This document shows positions 19,201 through 29,742 of a DNA stretch of 64,000 bases, one piece after another (within the stretch, counting starts at the first letter, position 1; each line of letters opens with the position of its first letter). The translations under genes were made by a program, and so were the position numbers. A model generated the notes under the pieces. It had not been told where the DNA came from and searched no databases. It was given only the letters and a program-made list of their open reading frames with translations. Origin of the DNA: a virus (Duplodnaviria; Caudoviricetes); the IMG/VR virus record IMGVR_UViG_3300009108_000480, one strand, 5' to 3'.

Positions 19201-19830
19201 ATGTCACTTTATCTTAGAGAACATTTAACCTATGATCAGGCTCGAATACAGGTCTTGCACGAAGGCAACCAAGGCAAGGATTTATTCATGAAGGGAATCT
19301 GTATTCAAGGCGGCATTAAAAATGCCAATGAAAGAGTTTATCCTGTGCAAGAAATTGCAAAGGCAACTAAAACTCTTAATGATCAGATTAGTTCAGGTTA
19401 TAGTGTACTTGGAGAAGTAGATCATCCAGATGATTTAAAAATTAATTTGGACCGTGTGTCCCATATGTTAACAGAAATGTGGATGGACGGACCAAATGGA
19501 TATGGTAAAATGAAAATTTTACCGACACCGATGGGCCAACTTGTCAAAACTATGTTGGAATCAGGAGTAAAACTAGGCGTCAGTTCTCGTGGCTCTGGTA
19601 ATATATCAGAGTACGGTAACGGCGAAGTTTCAGACTTCGAAATCATAACAGTTGATGTTGTGGCCCAACCTTCGGCACCGGGTGCTTACCCAACGCCAAT
19701 ATATGAACATCTTTTGAATACAAAAGGTGGATTAAAGGCGAAAGGTCTGGCCGCTGAAGTTAGAAATGACACAAGAGCACAAAAATACCTAAATGAGGTA
19801 TTAACTAACATAATAAAGGACCTAAAATAA
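19201..19830 (+). CDS. gp21: prohead core protease
   Basis: GEVDHP, VSH, GVSSRGSG, DVVAQPSAP catalytic motifs. Confidence 0.93.
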   Translation: MSLYLREHLTYDQARIQVLHEGNQGKDLFMKGICIQGGIKNANERVYPVQEIAKATKTLNDQISSGYSVLGEVDHPDDLKINLDRVSHMLTEMWMDGPNGYGKMKILPTPMGQLVKTMLESGVKLGVSSRGSGNISEYGNGEVSDFEIITVDVVAQPSAPGAYPTPIYEHLLNTKGGLKAKGLAAEVRNDTRAQKYLNEVLTNIIKDLK

Positions 19831-20897
19831 TGTTTGATATATCAAAACTAGCTGAATCAGGAGCAATTTCGGAAGATGTGCAAAAAAGCATCCAAGAAGC
19901 TTGGGATTCAAAAGTTAAAGAAAACAAAGAAACTGTAGGTGCTGAGTTAAGAGAAGAATTTGCTAAAAGATACGAGCATGACAAAGGAAACATGATCGAA
20001 GCAATCGATAAAATGATGACTGAAAAGTTATCTGAAGAAATTAGCAAATTTATCGAAGATAGAAAAGCACTAGCACAGGAAAAAATATCCTACAAAGAAA
20101 ACGTAGGCAAACATTCAGCGAAACTTCAAGAATTTATAATGAAGAAACTTGCTGAAGAGTTAAAAGAACTACATAGCGACCGTAAAGGTGTTCATGAAAA
20201 CTTTAGTAAATTAGAAGAGTTCGTTGTAAACGCACTTGCTAAGGAAATTAAAGAATTCCATGAAGACAAGAAAGGCGTTGTGGAAACGAAAGTTAAATTA
20301 GTAGCCGAAGCTAAAGCACAAATGGCTAAACTAAAAGAAGCTTTCATACAAAAATCTGCTAAAGTTGTAGAATCTGCAGTTAATAAAAAACTTGCTGAAG
20401 AATTAAGCACGTTGAAAGACGATATTACTACTGCAAGAACTGTAAACTTTGGCAAAAAAATATTCGAAGCGTTTGCTTCTGAGTATCAGAACTCATATTT
20501 AAATGAGAAATCTGAAACTGCGAAGCTATTAAAGATAGTTGATGAAACTACTCTTAAGTTAAAAGACGCTGAGAAGGCCGTCAATGAAAAAGACGCGGTG
20601 ATTGAGTCGAAGAATGCTGAGTCCAAAAGACAAGCAGACTTGATGGAACGCAAGGAAACGATGGCTGAATTGCTCAAACCATTGAGCAAACAAAAGGGTG
20701 AAGTAATGAGTCAACTGTTAGAATCAGTTCAAACAGCGAACCTTCAAACTTCATTCGACAAGTATCTACCTCACGTGATGAACGATAAACCAATAGCGAC
20801 TATCAAAACTGCAAAAGTTATGACAGAAGCAAAAGGTGAAAGATCACAAAGGGAAGATGCAGACTTAACAGATATTCGTAAATTAGCGGGTATTTAA
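19830..20897 (+). CDS. gp22: prohead scaffolding protein
   Basis: Long coiled coil between gp21 and gp23, ending DIRKLAGI. Confidence 0.85.
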   Translation: MFDISKLAESGAISEDVQKSIQEAWDSKVKENKETVGAELREEFAKRYEHDKGNMIEAIDKMMTEKLSEEISKFIEDRKALAQEKISYKENVGKHSAKLQEFIMKKLAEELKELHSDRKGVHENFSKLEEFVVNALAKEIKEFHEDKKGVVETKVKLVAEAKAQMAKLKEAFIQKSAKVVESAVNKKLAEELSTLKDDITTARTVNFGKKIFEAFASEYQNSYLNEKSETAKLLKIVDETTLKLKDAEKAVNEKDAVIESKNAESKRQADLMERKETMAELLKPLSKQKGEVMSQLLESVQTANLQTSFDKYLPHVMNDKPIATIKTAKVMTEAKGERSQREDADLTDIRKLAGI

Positions 20898-20924
20898 CTA
20901 TAAACTAAAAGGGGAAAGATACAA

Positions 20925-22094
20925 ATGTCAGAAATATTTGAATCTAAATGGGGTGAAACTAAATCAGCCCTAACTGAAGGTTTAGAAGGCAACAAGAAAA
21001 AAGTGATGGGTGTCATTTTAGAAAATACTAAAAGATACTTGTCAGAACAAGCTACTGCAGGTGCTACATCTGCCGGTAACGTTGCTACACTAAACAGAGT
21101 GATTCTTCCAGTAATTAGACGGGTTATGCCGACTGTTATAGCTAACGAAATCGTTGGTGTACAGCCGATGACTGGTCCAGTTGGACAGATTCACACCTTG
21201 AGAATAAGATATGCAGATGCGGCAGGCGGAACAACGGCTGGCGAAGAAGCATTATCACCTTTCAAAATTGCGAGAGCATACTCTGGTAATGAAACTGAAG
21301 CTACACCTAAAGCGGCAACAACAGCGTCGAAAGAAGGTACAGCTGGTAACAGACTATCAATCCAGATCTTGAAACAACCGGTTGAAGCTAAATCTAGAAA
21401 ACTATCAGCTAGATGGACGTTTGAAGCGGCTCAAGATGCTCAAGCACAACAAGGTATAGACGTAGAAGCAGAAATAATGGCGGCTTTGGCTCAAGAAATT
21501 ACAGCTGAAATCGACCAAGAAGTTATTGGATCATTAAGAACATTGGCTGGAACAGCCGCTGAAACTTATGACCAATCAGCTGTTTCTGGTACTGCAACTT
21601 TTGTTGGTGACGAACACGCGGCTTTGGCTGTGTTAATCAACAGAGTGGCAAACTTAATTGCAACAAGAACACGTAGAGGAGCTGGAAACTGGTCAGTAGT
21701 TTCTCCAACTGCTTTAACGATTCTTCAATCTGCAACAACATCAGCATTTGCTAGATCAACTGAAGGTACTTTCGAAGCACCTACTAACACAAAATTTGTT
21801 GGTACGTTAAACGCTTCAATGAGAGTATACGTTGACGCATATGCAGTTGATGGTACATCAGTACTAGTTGGCTATAAAGGAGCAAGTGAGGCAGACGCAC
21901 CAGCGTTCTATTGTCCTTACATTCCTTTAATGTCTTCAGGAGTTGTACTTGATCCAGCTACTTTCGAACCAGTTGTTGGCTTTTTAACAAGATATGGATA
22001 TGTAGAGTTAACAAACACTGCATCTTCACTTGGTAATGCGGCTGACTACGTAGGTTTAGTAGCGATCACTTCAGCAAACTTAAAATTTAAGTAA
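20925..22094 (+). CDS. gp23: major capsid protein
   Basis: GVQPMTGPVGQI, RKLSARWTFEAAQD, FYCPYIPL, TRYG motifs. Confidence 0.96.
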   Translation: MSEIFESKWGETKSALTEGLEGNKKKVMGVILENTKRYLSEQATAGATSAGNVATLNRVILPVIRRVMPTVIANEIVGVQPMTGPVGQIHTLRIRYADAAGGTTAGEEALSPFKIARAYSGNETEATPKAATTASKEGTAGNRLSIQILKQPVEAKSRKLSARWTFEAAQDAQAQQGIDVEAEIMAALAQEITAEIDQEVIGSLRTLAGTAAETYDQSAVSGTATFVGDEHAALAVLINRVANLIATRTRRGAGNWSVVSPTALTILQSATTSAFARSTEGTFEAPTNTKFVGTLNASMRVYVDAYAVDGTSVLVGYKGASEADAPAFYCPYIPLMSSGVVLDPATFEPVVGFLTRYGYVELTNTASSLGNAADYVGLVAITSANLKFK

Positions 22095-22125
22095 TCTTTT
22101 TATAGATTATTTTGAATCTTAGAGA

Positions 22126-22148
22126 AAGGCGGCTTCGGTCGCCTTTTT
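22126..22148 (+). terminator. intrinsic terminator with C(UUCG)G loop
   Basis: AAGGCGGC-TTCG-GTCGCCTTTTT after gp23. Confidence 0.9.
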
Positions 22149-22175
22149 CTTTGGCCGAATTTTCAGACTTTAAAT

Positions 22176-22757
22176 ATGAATATGCGATATTGTTTTCATC
22201 ATATACCAAAAACAGGTGGCAGTACATTAAAAGCAAGATTAAATCATCGAGCATCAATTGGACAAATAGATAAATTTTCATATGCAATAGGACATAATAT
22301 AAGTGTATCCACACCTGGTAAGCACTATACATTATTAAGAAATCCTTTACACAGAGATATATCACATTTCAATTATGATTTTAATAAAAAAGAAAGCATA
22401 GCAAACACATTTGAAGAAAGTTGTAATAAAATGCATGGCAATTTTATGGTACTTTGGTTATATTCAAACTATCTAAAACAGTCAACTAACATACCAATTG
22501 AAGAAAAATATAAACAAGTACAAACAATACTAAAAAATAATTTTTTAAAAATTTTTAATGCTGATAAATTTGAAAACTCATGGAAAGAAATTACAAAAAT
22601 ATTAAACATCGATGTTGAACCAAGACTAAATTCCAATATATCTAATATAGATTATAACAAAATTGCAAAATATGAAAATTTATCTAACAAATTTAAAAAA
22701 TGGCACAAACAATATAACCAGTATGATTATCTTCTTCATGAAGAATTTTGTATGTAG
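22176..22757 (+). CDS. sulfotransferase-family protein
   Basis: HIPKTGGST (5'-PAPS loop) and RNP..R.IS motifs; extremely AT-rich; true start may be 22182. Confidence 0.7.
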   Translation: MNMRYCFHHIPKTGGSTLKARLNHRASIGQIDKFSYAIGHNISVSTPGKHYTLLRNPLHRDISHFNYDFNKKESIANTFEESCNKMHGNFMVLWLYSNYLKQSTNIPIEEKYKQVQTILKNNFLKIFNADKFENSWKEITKILNIDVEPRLNSNISNIDYNKIAKYENLSNKFKKWHKQYNQYDYLLHEEFCM

Positions 22758-22876
22758 TTAAAGATTTTTTTCACTTCGAACGACTTACAATCCAAATAGC
22801 GTAATATAACTTTAACAATTGTCTTTCTAAATAATTCTAAGATTCGATAGAATCTTATTATCAAGGGAGGTCCAAT

Positions 22877-23110
22877 ATGGATATCATGGTAAAGGTAAAA
22901 GGATGGGCAAAAGGATTAGCTGATGTAGGCGTAAGTCTAATAGCATTAGGAATCGTTTTAGAAATTCTTTTTAATGGTCAAGGTGTTCCGTTCTGGCCAC
23001 ATATTTCTGTAATAGGAAATGTTCAGGGCGTACTTGCTGGCTTTTCAGATCAAGGTTTGGTCGGATTAGTAGCAATTTGGATTTTATATCATATCTACAA
23101 TCGAAAATAA
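22877..23110 (+). CDS. small two-TM membrane protein
   Basis: Two hydrophobic segments; strong GGAGG SD, own CTAAATA box, 5' hairpin and terminator. Confidence 0.8.
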   Translation: MDIMVKVKGWAKGLADVGVSLIALGIVLEILFNGQGVPFWPHISVIGNVQGVLAGFSDQGLVGLVAIWILYHIYNRK

Positions 23111-23140
23111 TATAATAATCTAGAAATACGTTAACCTCAG

Positions 23141-23182
23141 AGAGTGGTGTAACTACTTTTAATTTTACACCACTCTTTTTTT
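23141..23182 (+). terminator. intrinsic terminator
   Basis: 12-bp perfect stem AGAGTGGTGTAA/TTACACCACTCT followed by a T-run. Confidence 0.85.
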
Positions 23183-23205
23183 ATTTTTTTTCATAAATAT
23201 ATACA

Positions 23206-23285
23206 GTTCAAACAGAGCTCCACTCAAGTGGAGACTTATGCGGAATTAACCGCGTAGCGAGTAGAACTCGCATTAGGCTCTGAAC
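23206..23285 (+). ncRNA. structured 5' leader (three hairpins closed by a basal stem)
   Basis: CAGAGC/GCTCTG closes TCCACT/GTGGA, GCGG/CCGC and GCGAGT/ACTCGC hairpins; lies between an ATAAATA box and the AGGAG SD. Confidence 0.65.
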
Positions 23286-23297
23286 AGGAGAAAACAA

Positions 23298-23714
23298 ATG
23301 GGAAGACCAATCAAAAAAAGTAAATTTGTATCAAGTTTTGGTGGCACAACAGCGGCTAAAATTGCAGTAACTGGATATCGACCAAGTGGTGGATCTTTAG
23401 TTAGCTCATCTATTGCATACATTGTATCTCAAAGAGGATCTAAATTATTCAAGATTCACTTAGAAGATTCAACTGAAGCAATTTATGAATTAAAAGCAGT
23501 AGCACCAGCATCGTTGGCAAATACATCCAACCAATTTTGTGTACAAATTACGCTAGATGACTCAACTGTGGCTTATGTAGAGAAATTCTACAATAACACA
23601 GTTCACTATGTTACGGCGGCAGGCGCGGCTGGAACAGTTCCTTACACATTAGGAACTGATATCTCTGGCTCAATTGCGGCAGGTAAAGGTAATATAGACA
23701 TAGTATCTGAGTAA
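23298..23714 (+). CDS. hypothetical virion protein (MGRP N-terminus)
   Basis: 138 aa; late promoter, strong SD and own terminator. Confidence 0.75.
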   Translation: MGRPIKKSKFVSSFGGTTAAKIAVTGYRPSGGSLVSSSIAYIVSQRGSKLFKIHLEDSTEAIYELKAVAPASLANTSNQFCVQITLDDSTVAYVEKFYNNTVHYVTAAGAAGTVPYTLGTDISGSIAAGKGNIDIVSE

Positions 23715-23745
23715 TAGTCACTAGACACGTGCTTATAAGAATATT

Positions 23746-23770
23746 GGGGGAGTTTAGGCTCCCCCTTTCT
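23746..23770 (+). terminator. intrinsic terminator
   Basis: GGGGGAG/CTCCCCC stem followed by TTTCTT. Confidence 0.75.
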
Positions 23771-23789
23771 TTATATAAATAATACTAAC

Positions 23790-24503
23790 ATGGCAAAAAC
23801 TTTACGTACATCAGGTGATTACACCATTAAAACTGGCACAGGTGCTAGTGGGTCAAATTACGTTAATCTTGACTCAAGTAATACAAGAGTTATGGGTAAT
23901 TTAATTGTTGATGGTACACGAACTGAATTGAATACATCAACTTTAAGCGTTGAAGATTCCTCATTACTTTTAAACAGAAATGCCTCAGGTGCTGATATTG
24001 ACTCTGGTGTAATGATAGAGCGAGATGGTTCTAATAATGCGGCATTCTACTGGAACGAAGGTGATGATACTTGGAGAGCAGTTACAACTTCGTCAGGACC
24101 AACAGCAACAGCAATTGCCGATACAGCATTAGCAAAAATTCAGGTGGCGGAACCAGCGGCAAATTCAGATGCGGCTACAAAAAATTATGTAGATACCACA
24201 GCTAGTGGAGCCATATTATCAGGTTCAACAAACAATCAGGTTACAACTGTAACAGGTGCGAATGCTATAACTGGTGAAGCAAATTTAACATTTGACGGAA
24301 CAACTTTAGGGGTAACAGGTGTTATTGATGCTGATTATGTAAGAATTTTTGATAATGAAATTACAACAAATGCCACAGATGCCAATTTAGAAATTTCAGC
24401 TAATGGCTCTGGAAATGTGGTAATTAATGGCATCAATTTTTTGACATCTGGAGAAATGATAAGTAAGAGTAAGGCTACGGCATTAGCGATAGCATTAGGA
24501 TAA
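23790..24503 (+). CDS. fibre/appendage structural protein
   Basis: T/S/G-rich beta modules shared with the 26791, 31747 and 33475 proteins. Confidence 0.65.
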   Translation: MAKTLRTSGDYTIKTGTGASGSNYVNLDSSNTRVMGNLIVDGTRTELNTSTLSVEDSSLLLNRNASGADIDSGVMIERDGSNNAAFYWNEGDDTWRAVTTSSGPTATAIADTALAKIQVAEPAANSDAATKNYVDTTASGAILSGSTNNQVTTVTGANAITGEANLTFDGTTLGVTGVIDADYVRIFDNEITTNATDANLEISANGSGNVVINGINFLTSGEMISKSKATALAIALG

Positions 24504-24508
24504 AAAGT

Positions 24509-24826
24509 ATGGCAATAACAAATTTTCAAGTAGGAACCAGCGTTACAGCGGCTTTCACTGCTTCGGCGGCAGGAGGAACTGCGATTACAGTAATTTATAT
24601 TACTAATAAAACTGACGGTGACGGAACAGTAGACGTTTACGTTACTCCAACTGGTGTATCAGCTACTGCAAATCATTTAGTATATTCACAATTAACTATT
24701 AAAGCTAGAGACACTTACATACTTGATACAGAAAAAATGATTTTAGAAAATGGTGCAAAAATTTGGATTGCGGCACCAGATTCGGCGGCACAATTCAACG
24801 CAACAATCTCAACTATAGAGTTATAA
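24509..24826 (+). CDS. small beta-rich virion protein
   Basis: 105 aa in the fibre operon. Confidence 0.6.
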   Translation: MAITNFQVGTSVTAAFTASAAGGTAITVIYITNKTDGDGTVDVYVTPTGVSATANHLVYSQLTIKARDTYILDTEKMILENGAKIWIAAPDSAAQFNATISTIEL

Positions 24827-24830
24827 TACC

Positions 24831-25298
24831 ATGGGTAGGTTTGCTAAAAATCCAGTAATAGGCGACAATGCTGTTGGAGTTACTATTCCAAATGTAACAA
24901 CTACACAAAGACCTGCAGGTGTTAATGGACAATTAGTTTACAACACAACAACATCAACATATCAATCTTATATTGGTTCAGCATGGTACAATATGTCAAC
25001 TGCGGCTGGCGAAAAAACAATTACAATAGATAAATTTCAAGGTGACGGAACAACTGTAACTTTTGGTGCAGGAGCAGGTAATACATTAGACGGATCTACT
25101 GGAGCAAGTTTTACTCAAACTGTAAATAATGCAACAGATATTGTGGTTTTTGTTGGAGGTGTTTATCAAGTACCGACAACAAACTATACAGTATCAGGAC
25201 AACAAATAACTTTTGGTTCTGCTCCACCGGCAAACGATGGTGCAACAAATGGTCATATAATTTCTATTATCCACGGATTACACAAATTAGGCGAGTAA
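24831..25298 (+). CDS. virion structural protein (TTTQRP and GDGTT..F modules)
   Basis: Modules shared with the 29742 and 31747 proteins. Confidence 0.65.
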   Translation: MGRFAKNPVIGDNAVGVTIPNVTTTQRPAGVNGQLVYNTTTSTYQSYIGSAWYNMSTAAGEKTITIDKFQGDGTTVTFGAGAGNTLDGSTGASFTQTVNNATDIVVFVGGVYQVPTTNYTVSGQQITFGSAPPANDGATNGHIISIIHGLHKLGE

Positions 25299-25299
25299 T

Positions 25300-25857
25300 A
25301 TGCCTACATTTCCTAACGGGCATTTCAATTGGCTTTGGCCTTACGTATCAACACAAACATTAAGAACTGCAATAGACATAGGCGGCCACTTAGGAAACTG
25401 GACATTAAATTGGCACCATAGAGTAAAAAAAATTGAAATATTTGAACCTAATCCCGATGTACTACCTAAACTCAAAAAAAATACTAATACATTAAAAAAT
25501 TGCACTGTACATGAAGTTGCTTTAGGTGATACTCCTGGAAAAGTTTCTATGCAATATGAAACTCATCTAGGCACCTACCATATAAAAGATCATAATGGTT
25601 CTATTAATTTACAAACACTTGACAGTTATAATTTTCAAAACGTAGATATTATAAAAATAGATGTTGAAGGATTTGAAGTACCTGTGTTGGAAGGTGCAAA
25701 AGAAACAATTCTTTCTAACAAACCATGGATACAGATTGAAGCAAATCATACTGGAGAACGTTACGGTAGACCTAAAAAGAAAATACTTGAAAAGTTAACG
25801 GAATTTGGAATGAAACGAATTGCTAAAGAGTGGCCTGATCAAATTTGGAAATTTTAA
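25300..25857 (+). CDS. FkbM-family SAM-dependent methyltransferase
   Basis: AIDIGGHLG, FEPNP, IKIDVEGFEVPVLEGA. Confidence 0.88.
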   Translation: MPTFPNGHFNWLWPYVSTQTLRTAIDIGGHLGNWTLNWHHRVKKIEIFEPNPDVLPKLKKNTNTLKNCTVHEVALGDTPGKVSMQYETHLGTYHIKDHNGSINLQTLDSYNFQNVDIIKIDVEGFEVPVLEGAKETILSNKPWIQIEANHTGERYGRPKKKILEKLTEFGMKRIAKEWPDQIWKF

Positions 25858-25860
25858 ATT

Positions 25861-26727
25861 TTATTGAATAATTCCAAAAGGACGCCAGTTACCTGGTTTT
25901 CCACCATTAACACATACCCAACCAACTGGTTTATTAATTGAGGGCTTTTCATTCCACACAATTGATCCTGTGTTCCAACGACCTTCGCGAGGATGTTTCT
26001 CTCCTGCGGCAAATGTTCTTTCAGCAAATTTAATATTGCCATCAACTTCTAATGCTTCTCCTGGATATTTGACACCAACACCAAGTTGACCATACACAGA
26101 TAATTTAACAGGCTTACCTGTTTCTGATCCAACTACTACATCACCATTAGCACGACAAGTTAATCTTGGCGTAAAATCTGTACCAATAGCAAATGCAACG
26201 TGAGTATGTGTTCCAACAAATGCATTCGCTTCTTGCATAGTTGTAAGAATTTCATAACCACCTGAATTTACTGAAAAGTCTGCCGATGGTGCAGTTGTGT
26301 TTACTCCTACTCTTCCATCTGCAACATATAAAACATTTCTTACTTGTAAATTTTTAAGTATACCTAACTCTTGCAAATAACTTTTTCTAACAGATTTTCC
26401 TAACGATTCTTTCCAAATTACTTCATTATGATTAACCATAATTGCATCTTGTACATTTAATTTTGGAACTGATGCTTGTACATATTGTAAATTTTCTACC
26501 TTTACTGTACCTTTAATGTGTAAATCTTTTGCAACTTCAACATAGTCGTCTTTAACTATAATTTGTGTTTCATTTGATTCATCTTTAATACCTGTTGATG
26601 TAAAGTTTGTAATTGTTCCCCCATCAATAACATCACCTGATACAGAATTTTTTTTGAAATCAACTTGTGATACTCTTACCGTAGATTCAGAAACTTTTTC
26701 AATTTTATTAAGGGGTAATAGTGTCAT
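25861..26727 (-). CDS. fibre-like structural protein
   Basis: GRVGVNTTAP modules; C-terminal GSIVWN..P....GWVCV..G.PG.W..FG domain. Confidence 0.6.
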   Translation of the reverse strand: MTLLPLNKIEKVSESTVRVSQVDFKKNSVSGDVIDGGTITNFTSTGIKDESNETQIIVKDDYVEVAKDLHIKGTVKVENLQYVQASVPKLNVQDAIMVNHNEVIWKESLGKSVRKSYLQELGILKNLQVRNVLYVADGRVGVNTTAPSADFSVNSGGYEILTTMQEANAFVGTHTHVAFAIGTDFTPRLTCRANGDVVVGSETGKPVKLSVYGQLGVGVKYPGEALEVDGNIKFAERTFAAGEKHPREGRWNTGSIVWNEKPSINKPVGWVCVNGGKPGNWRPFGIIQ

Positions 26728-26790
26728 ATAATGATTATTTAGTGCGGGTTATCTACCGTACGAATAATTGGTAAATATTGATGTAGTATT

Positions 26791-29742
26791 ATGGCAATAA
26801 CAAAGATAGCAGGAGAATTATTAGAATCTAATCTAATCCGTTCTACGGATCTAACATTTAATACAGATTTATTAGTGGTAGATGTAGCTAACGGTAGGAT
26901 TGGTATAGGTACGGCTAGTCCTGGTAATTTTAAATTAGACGTTACTGGTAATGCTAGAATCACAGGTGACCTTACAGTTGAAGGTACAACAACCACAGTA
27001 GACTCACAAAATTTATCTATAGAAGACAACATGATTGTCTTAAACAGTTCAGGATCAATAGGACATAATTCAGGAGTAATGATTAACAGAGGTGGAGCAG
27101 GCAATAATGCAGTAATGTATTGGGATGAATCTATAGACAAATTTAAATTTGGAACAACAACAGCTGATGGTTCTACAACAGACGATTTTGCATCAGCACT
27201 AGCAAAATTACAAATTGGTGAACCAGCGGCAGATTCAGATGCATCAACTAAAAAATATGTAGATGATTCAATTACAACAGTAAGTTCATCTATACCATCA
27301 TCGGGTGGAGCTTTAACTTTAGGCCTACCAACAGATTCAAGTTTTGGTGATGGCTCATTTACACTTAACAATGCTGGTACAGTTGTAGATGCAATTGATG
27401 ATTTAAATGAAGTAACAGAAAATATTAGATTAAATTATTATGTAAAAAGTGTAACGTTTACAGCAGATACAACAGCGGCTGGTTCAGGTACAACAATAAC
27501 ATTAACAATTTCAACAGTAGGTGGAGGTGCAGACAGATATACAATTACTTGGGGTGACGGAAATACAACAACAGGTACATCTGATTCAACACCATCTCAC
27601 ACTTATACAGCAACTGGTACCATGTCGGTTACTGTAAAAGCATATGCCAACGGTGCAGTAACAGATTCATCAGGATCACACGCATCATCTACAAGATCAA
27701 ATTATATTACAATTTACACAGCAACACCTGTTGTAGATTTTGAATTATATGATGTTAGTTCAGGTGGTTCAGCATTAACCGGAAACAATTTATGGGTAGT
27801 TGAAGGACAAACAAGATACATGAAAAATTTAACAACAAATACTTTAGCAGGTGCGGCCACAGTAGCATACGATATGACATGGGGTGACGGTACTGCAGAT
27901 GAAACTATTGGAGACGGTGCAGTTGCAGGTGGATCGCAAGAAGATAGTGGAACATATCTATCACATACTTGGGGAGCAGGTACACATAGCAGTACAGGAC
28001 AAGACACATTAATATTAGAATTAGATACACACAGTACAGCCAATCCAGCAGATATTCCAGCAACAGAAACAAAATCTAACTTTTTAAAAGTTTATGATGA
28101 CGCTCCTTCGGCGCCAAATCATTTAGGTTCAAAAACAATAGCCATGAACGCAACAACAGGAACAAGTCCAAAACTTTGTTCTGGATTTAGTGAAAACGTA
28201 TCAGGCTCTCCAACTTATTCAGCAGGAGATTCTGTTAACAGAATTACAACAGTTGATCCTGTTAGAACTGCATCACAATCAACTTATTGTTACAATGCCG
28301 CGGCCGGCACATTAACAGCATACGTAAACGGAAGTGCTGATGGAGCCATTTCATTAGGTGCTGGTGACCAAAGTGGTACAGCAACAAGTTTAACAATAGA
28401 ATCAGAAAGTGATTATAATTTATTAGATGCAACAGGAGCCGCTACTTCTTTTGCAACAAGCATTTATTATCCAAATCTTTATAGTGGATTTAAAGCTATT
28501 GTTAGTAAAGCAACAAGCGGAATTAGTACAGGTGTAAACAGTTTTCAATTACAACACACATTAGGTAATACAAACGTTTTAGAATTTGTAAAAGATAATG
28601 TAACTGCAACACCTACTTCATCAATTGGAACCGTTTCACAAAGTGCGGCAGGAAATTTAAAATATGTTTCTGGAATCCCATATTACAATGATGGTTCACC
28701 TAGTTTATCGGTAGCAGGATCAACAATTACAAACTTTACAGGACAATGTTATCAAGACACATCGTCACCAGTTGAAATAGATCCAGGTACTAACTTAGAA
28801 AGTACATCTGGACACGTTATTGCCAATTTAGATTTTACATATGCAACTATTGGTGACGGTTCAACTACTGTTCCAGCAGTAAATCTTGGAGTAGGTAGTG
28901 CATACACACTTGCCACTCTTACAGTACCTCTTTTAAGTACTCAAAGACGTTCAATTCAACAAATTAAAATGAGAGCAAAGAACTGTAATGGAAATGGTTC
29001 TTATTCAGAAAGTTCAACAAAAATTCAAATGTATAGCAATACCCGTTTAGCACTAGACAACGAAAGTGCTGAAGGTTCACAAGCGGGAGTTATAGCAGTA
29101 TCAGATTCTTTAGGGGCAACGTTTGATGACGATGCCGTTAGAATTGCAGGGTTCGGTGCCTTGTCAAGTGACAATCCATCACTATTTGATTCATCTAATG
29201 CCAATTACTACACAGATTCAGCATGGTCTGGAGCGGTTACTGTGGCGGGCACCAACGAAGCAATATCAAGATTTGGAACAATTAAACACTTTACAACAGA
29301 TTTAAGTAGTGGTTATCTTCCAGCCGGACCGGACTTAAATACCGGCAGGTCAGGAGCTCAGTATTATACTTTTGCATTTAGACGAGCAACAGTTTCACAA
29401 TTTTCAATTACAATGTCAGGCAAAGTATCTGGTATGTGGATTAATCTTCCAGGTGCTTCAACTGACACAACAGCATCTCCAACTAATGGTTGGTTAGATT
29501 GTTCAACACAATACAATGGTTCTGGAGTTCCAGGAACAGGTGTAGGAGGAAACGGAAGTGCTGGAGTGGCAAAAACAGGTGGCGATAGAGTAGTTGATAA
29601 TACAACTTATTCATCAGAACAATTTACATTTACACTTGGTACAGAAAGTATGTCTAATTCAACAGGTAACAATTGTTTAGTAAGAATTTTATTAAATTCT
29701 GGCGATAGCATAACAGCATTGTCAGTAGGAGTAGCAGAATAA
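26791..29742 (+). CDS. large PKD-domain fibre/appendage protein
   Basis: Two ITWGDG/MTWGDG...SHT PKD-like motifs; N-terminal module shared with 31747 and 34638. Confidence 0.7.
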   Translation: MAITKIAGELLESNLIRSTDLTFNTDLLVVDVANGRIGIGTASPGNFKLDVTGNARITGDLTVEGTTTTVDSQNLSIEDNMIVLNSSGSIGHNSGVMINRGGAGNNAVMYWDESIDKFKFGTTTADGSTTDDFASALAKLQIGEPAADSDASTKKYVDDSITTVSSSIPSSGGALTLGLPTDSSFGDGSFTLNNAGTVVDAIDDLNEVTENIRLNYYVKSVTFTADTTAAGSGTTITLTISTVGGGADRYTITWGDGNTTTGTSDSTPSHTYTATGTMSVTVKAYANGAVTDSSGSHASSTRSNYITIYTATPVVDFELYDVSSGGSALTGNNLWVVEGQTRYMKNLTTNTLAGAATVAYDMTWGDGTADETIGDGAVAGGSQEDSGTYLSHTWGAGTHSSTGQDTLILELDTHSTANPADIPATETKSNFLKVYDDAPSAPNHLGSKTIAMNATTGTSPKLCSGFSENVSGSPTYSAGDSVNRITTVDPVRTASQSTYCYNAAAGTLTAYVNGSADGAISLGAGDQSGTATSLTIESESDYNLLDATGAATSFATSIYYPNLYSGFKAIVSKATSGISTGVNSFQLQHTLGNTNVLEFVKDNVTATPTSSIGTVSQSAAGNLKYVSGIPYYNDGSPSLSVAGSTITNFTGQCYQDTSSPVEIDPGTNLESTSGHVIANLDFTYATIGDGSTTVPAVNLGVGSAYTLATLTVPLLSTQRRSIQQIKMRAKNCNGNGSYSESSTKIQMYSNTRLALDNESAEGSQAGVIAVSDSLGATFDDDAVRIAGFGALSSDNPSLFDSSNANYYTDSAWSGAVTVAGTNEAISRFGTIKHFTTDLSSGYLPAGPDLNTGRSGAQYYTFAFRRATVSQFSITMSGKVSGMWINLPGASTDTTASPTNGWLDCSTQYNGSGVPGTGVGGNGSAGVAKTGGDRVVDNTTYSSEQFTFTLGTESMSNSTGNNCLVRILLNSGDSITALSVGVAE

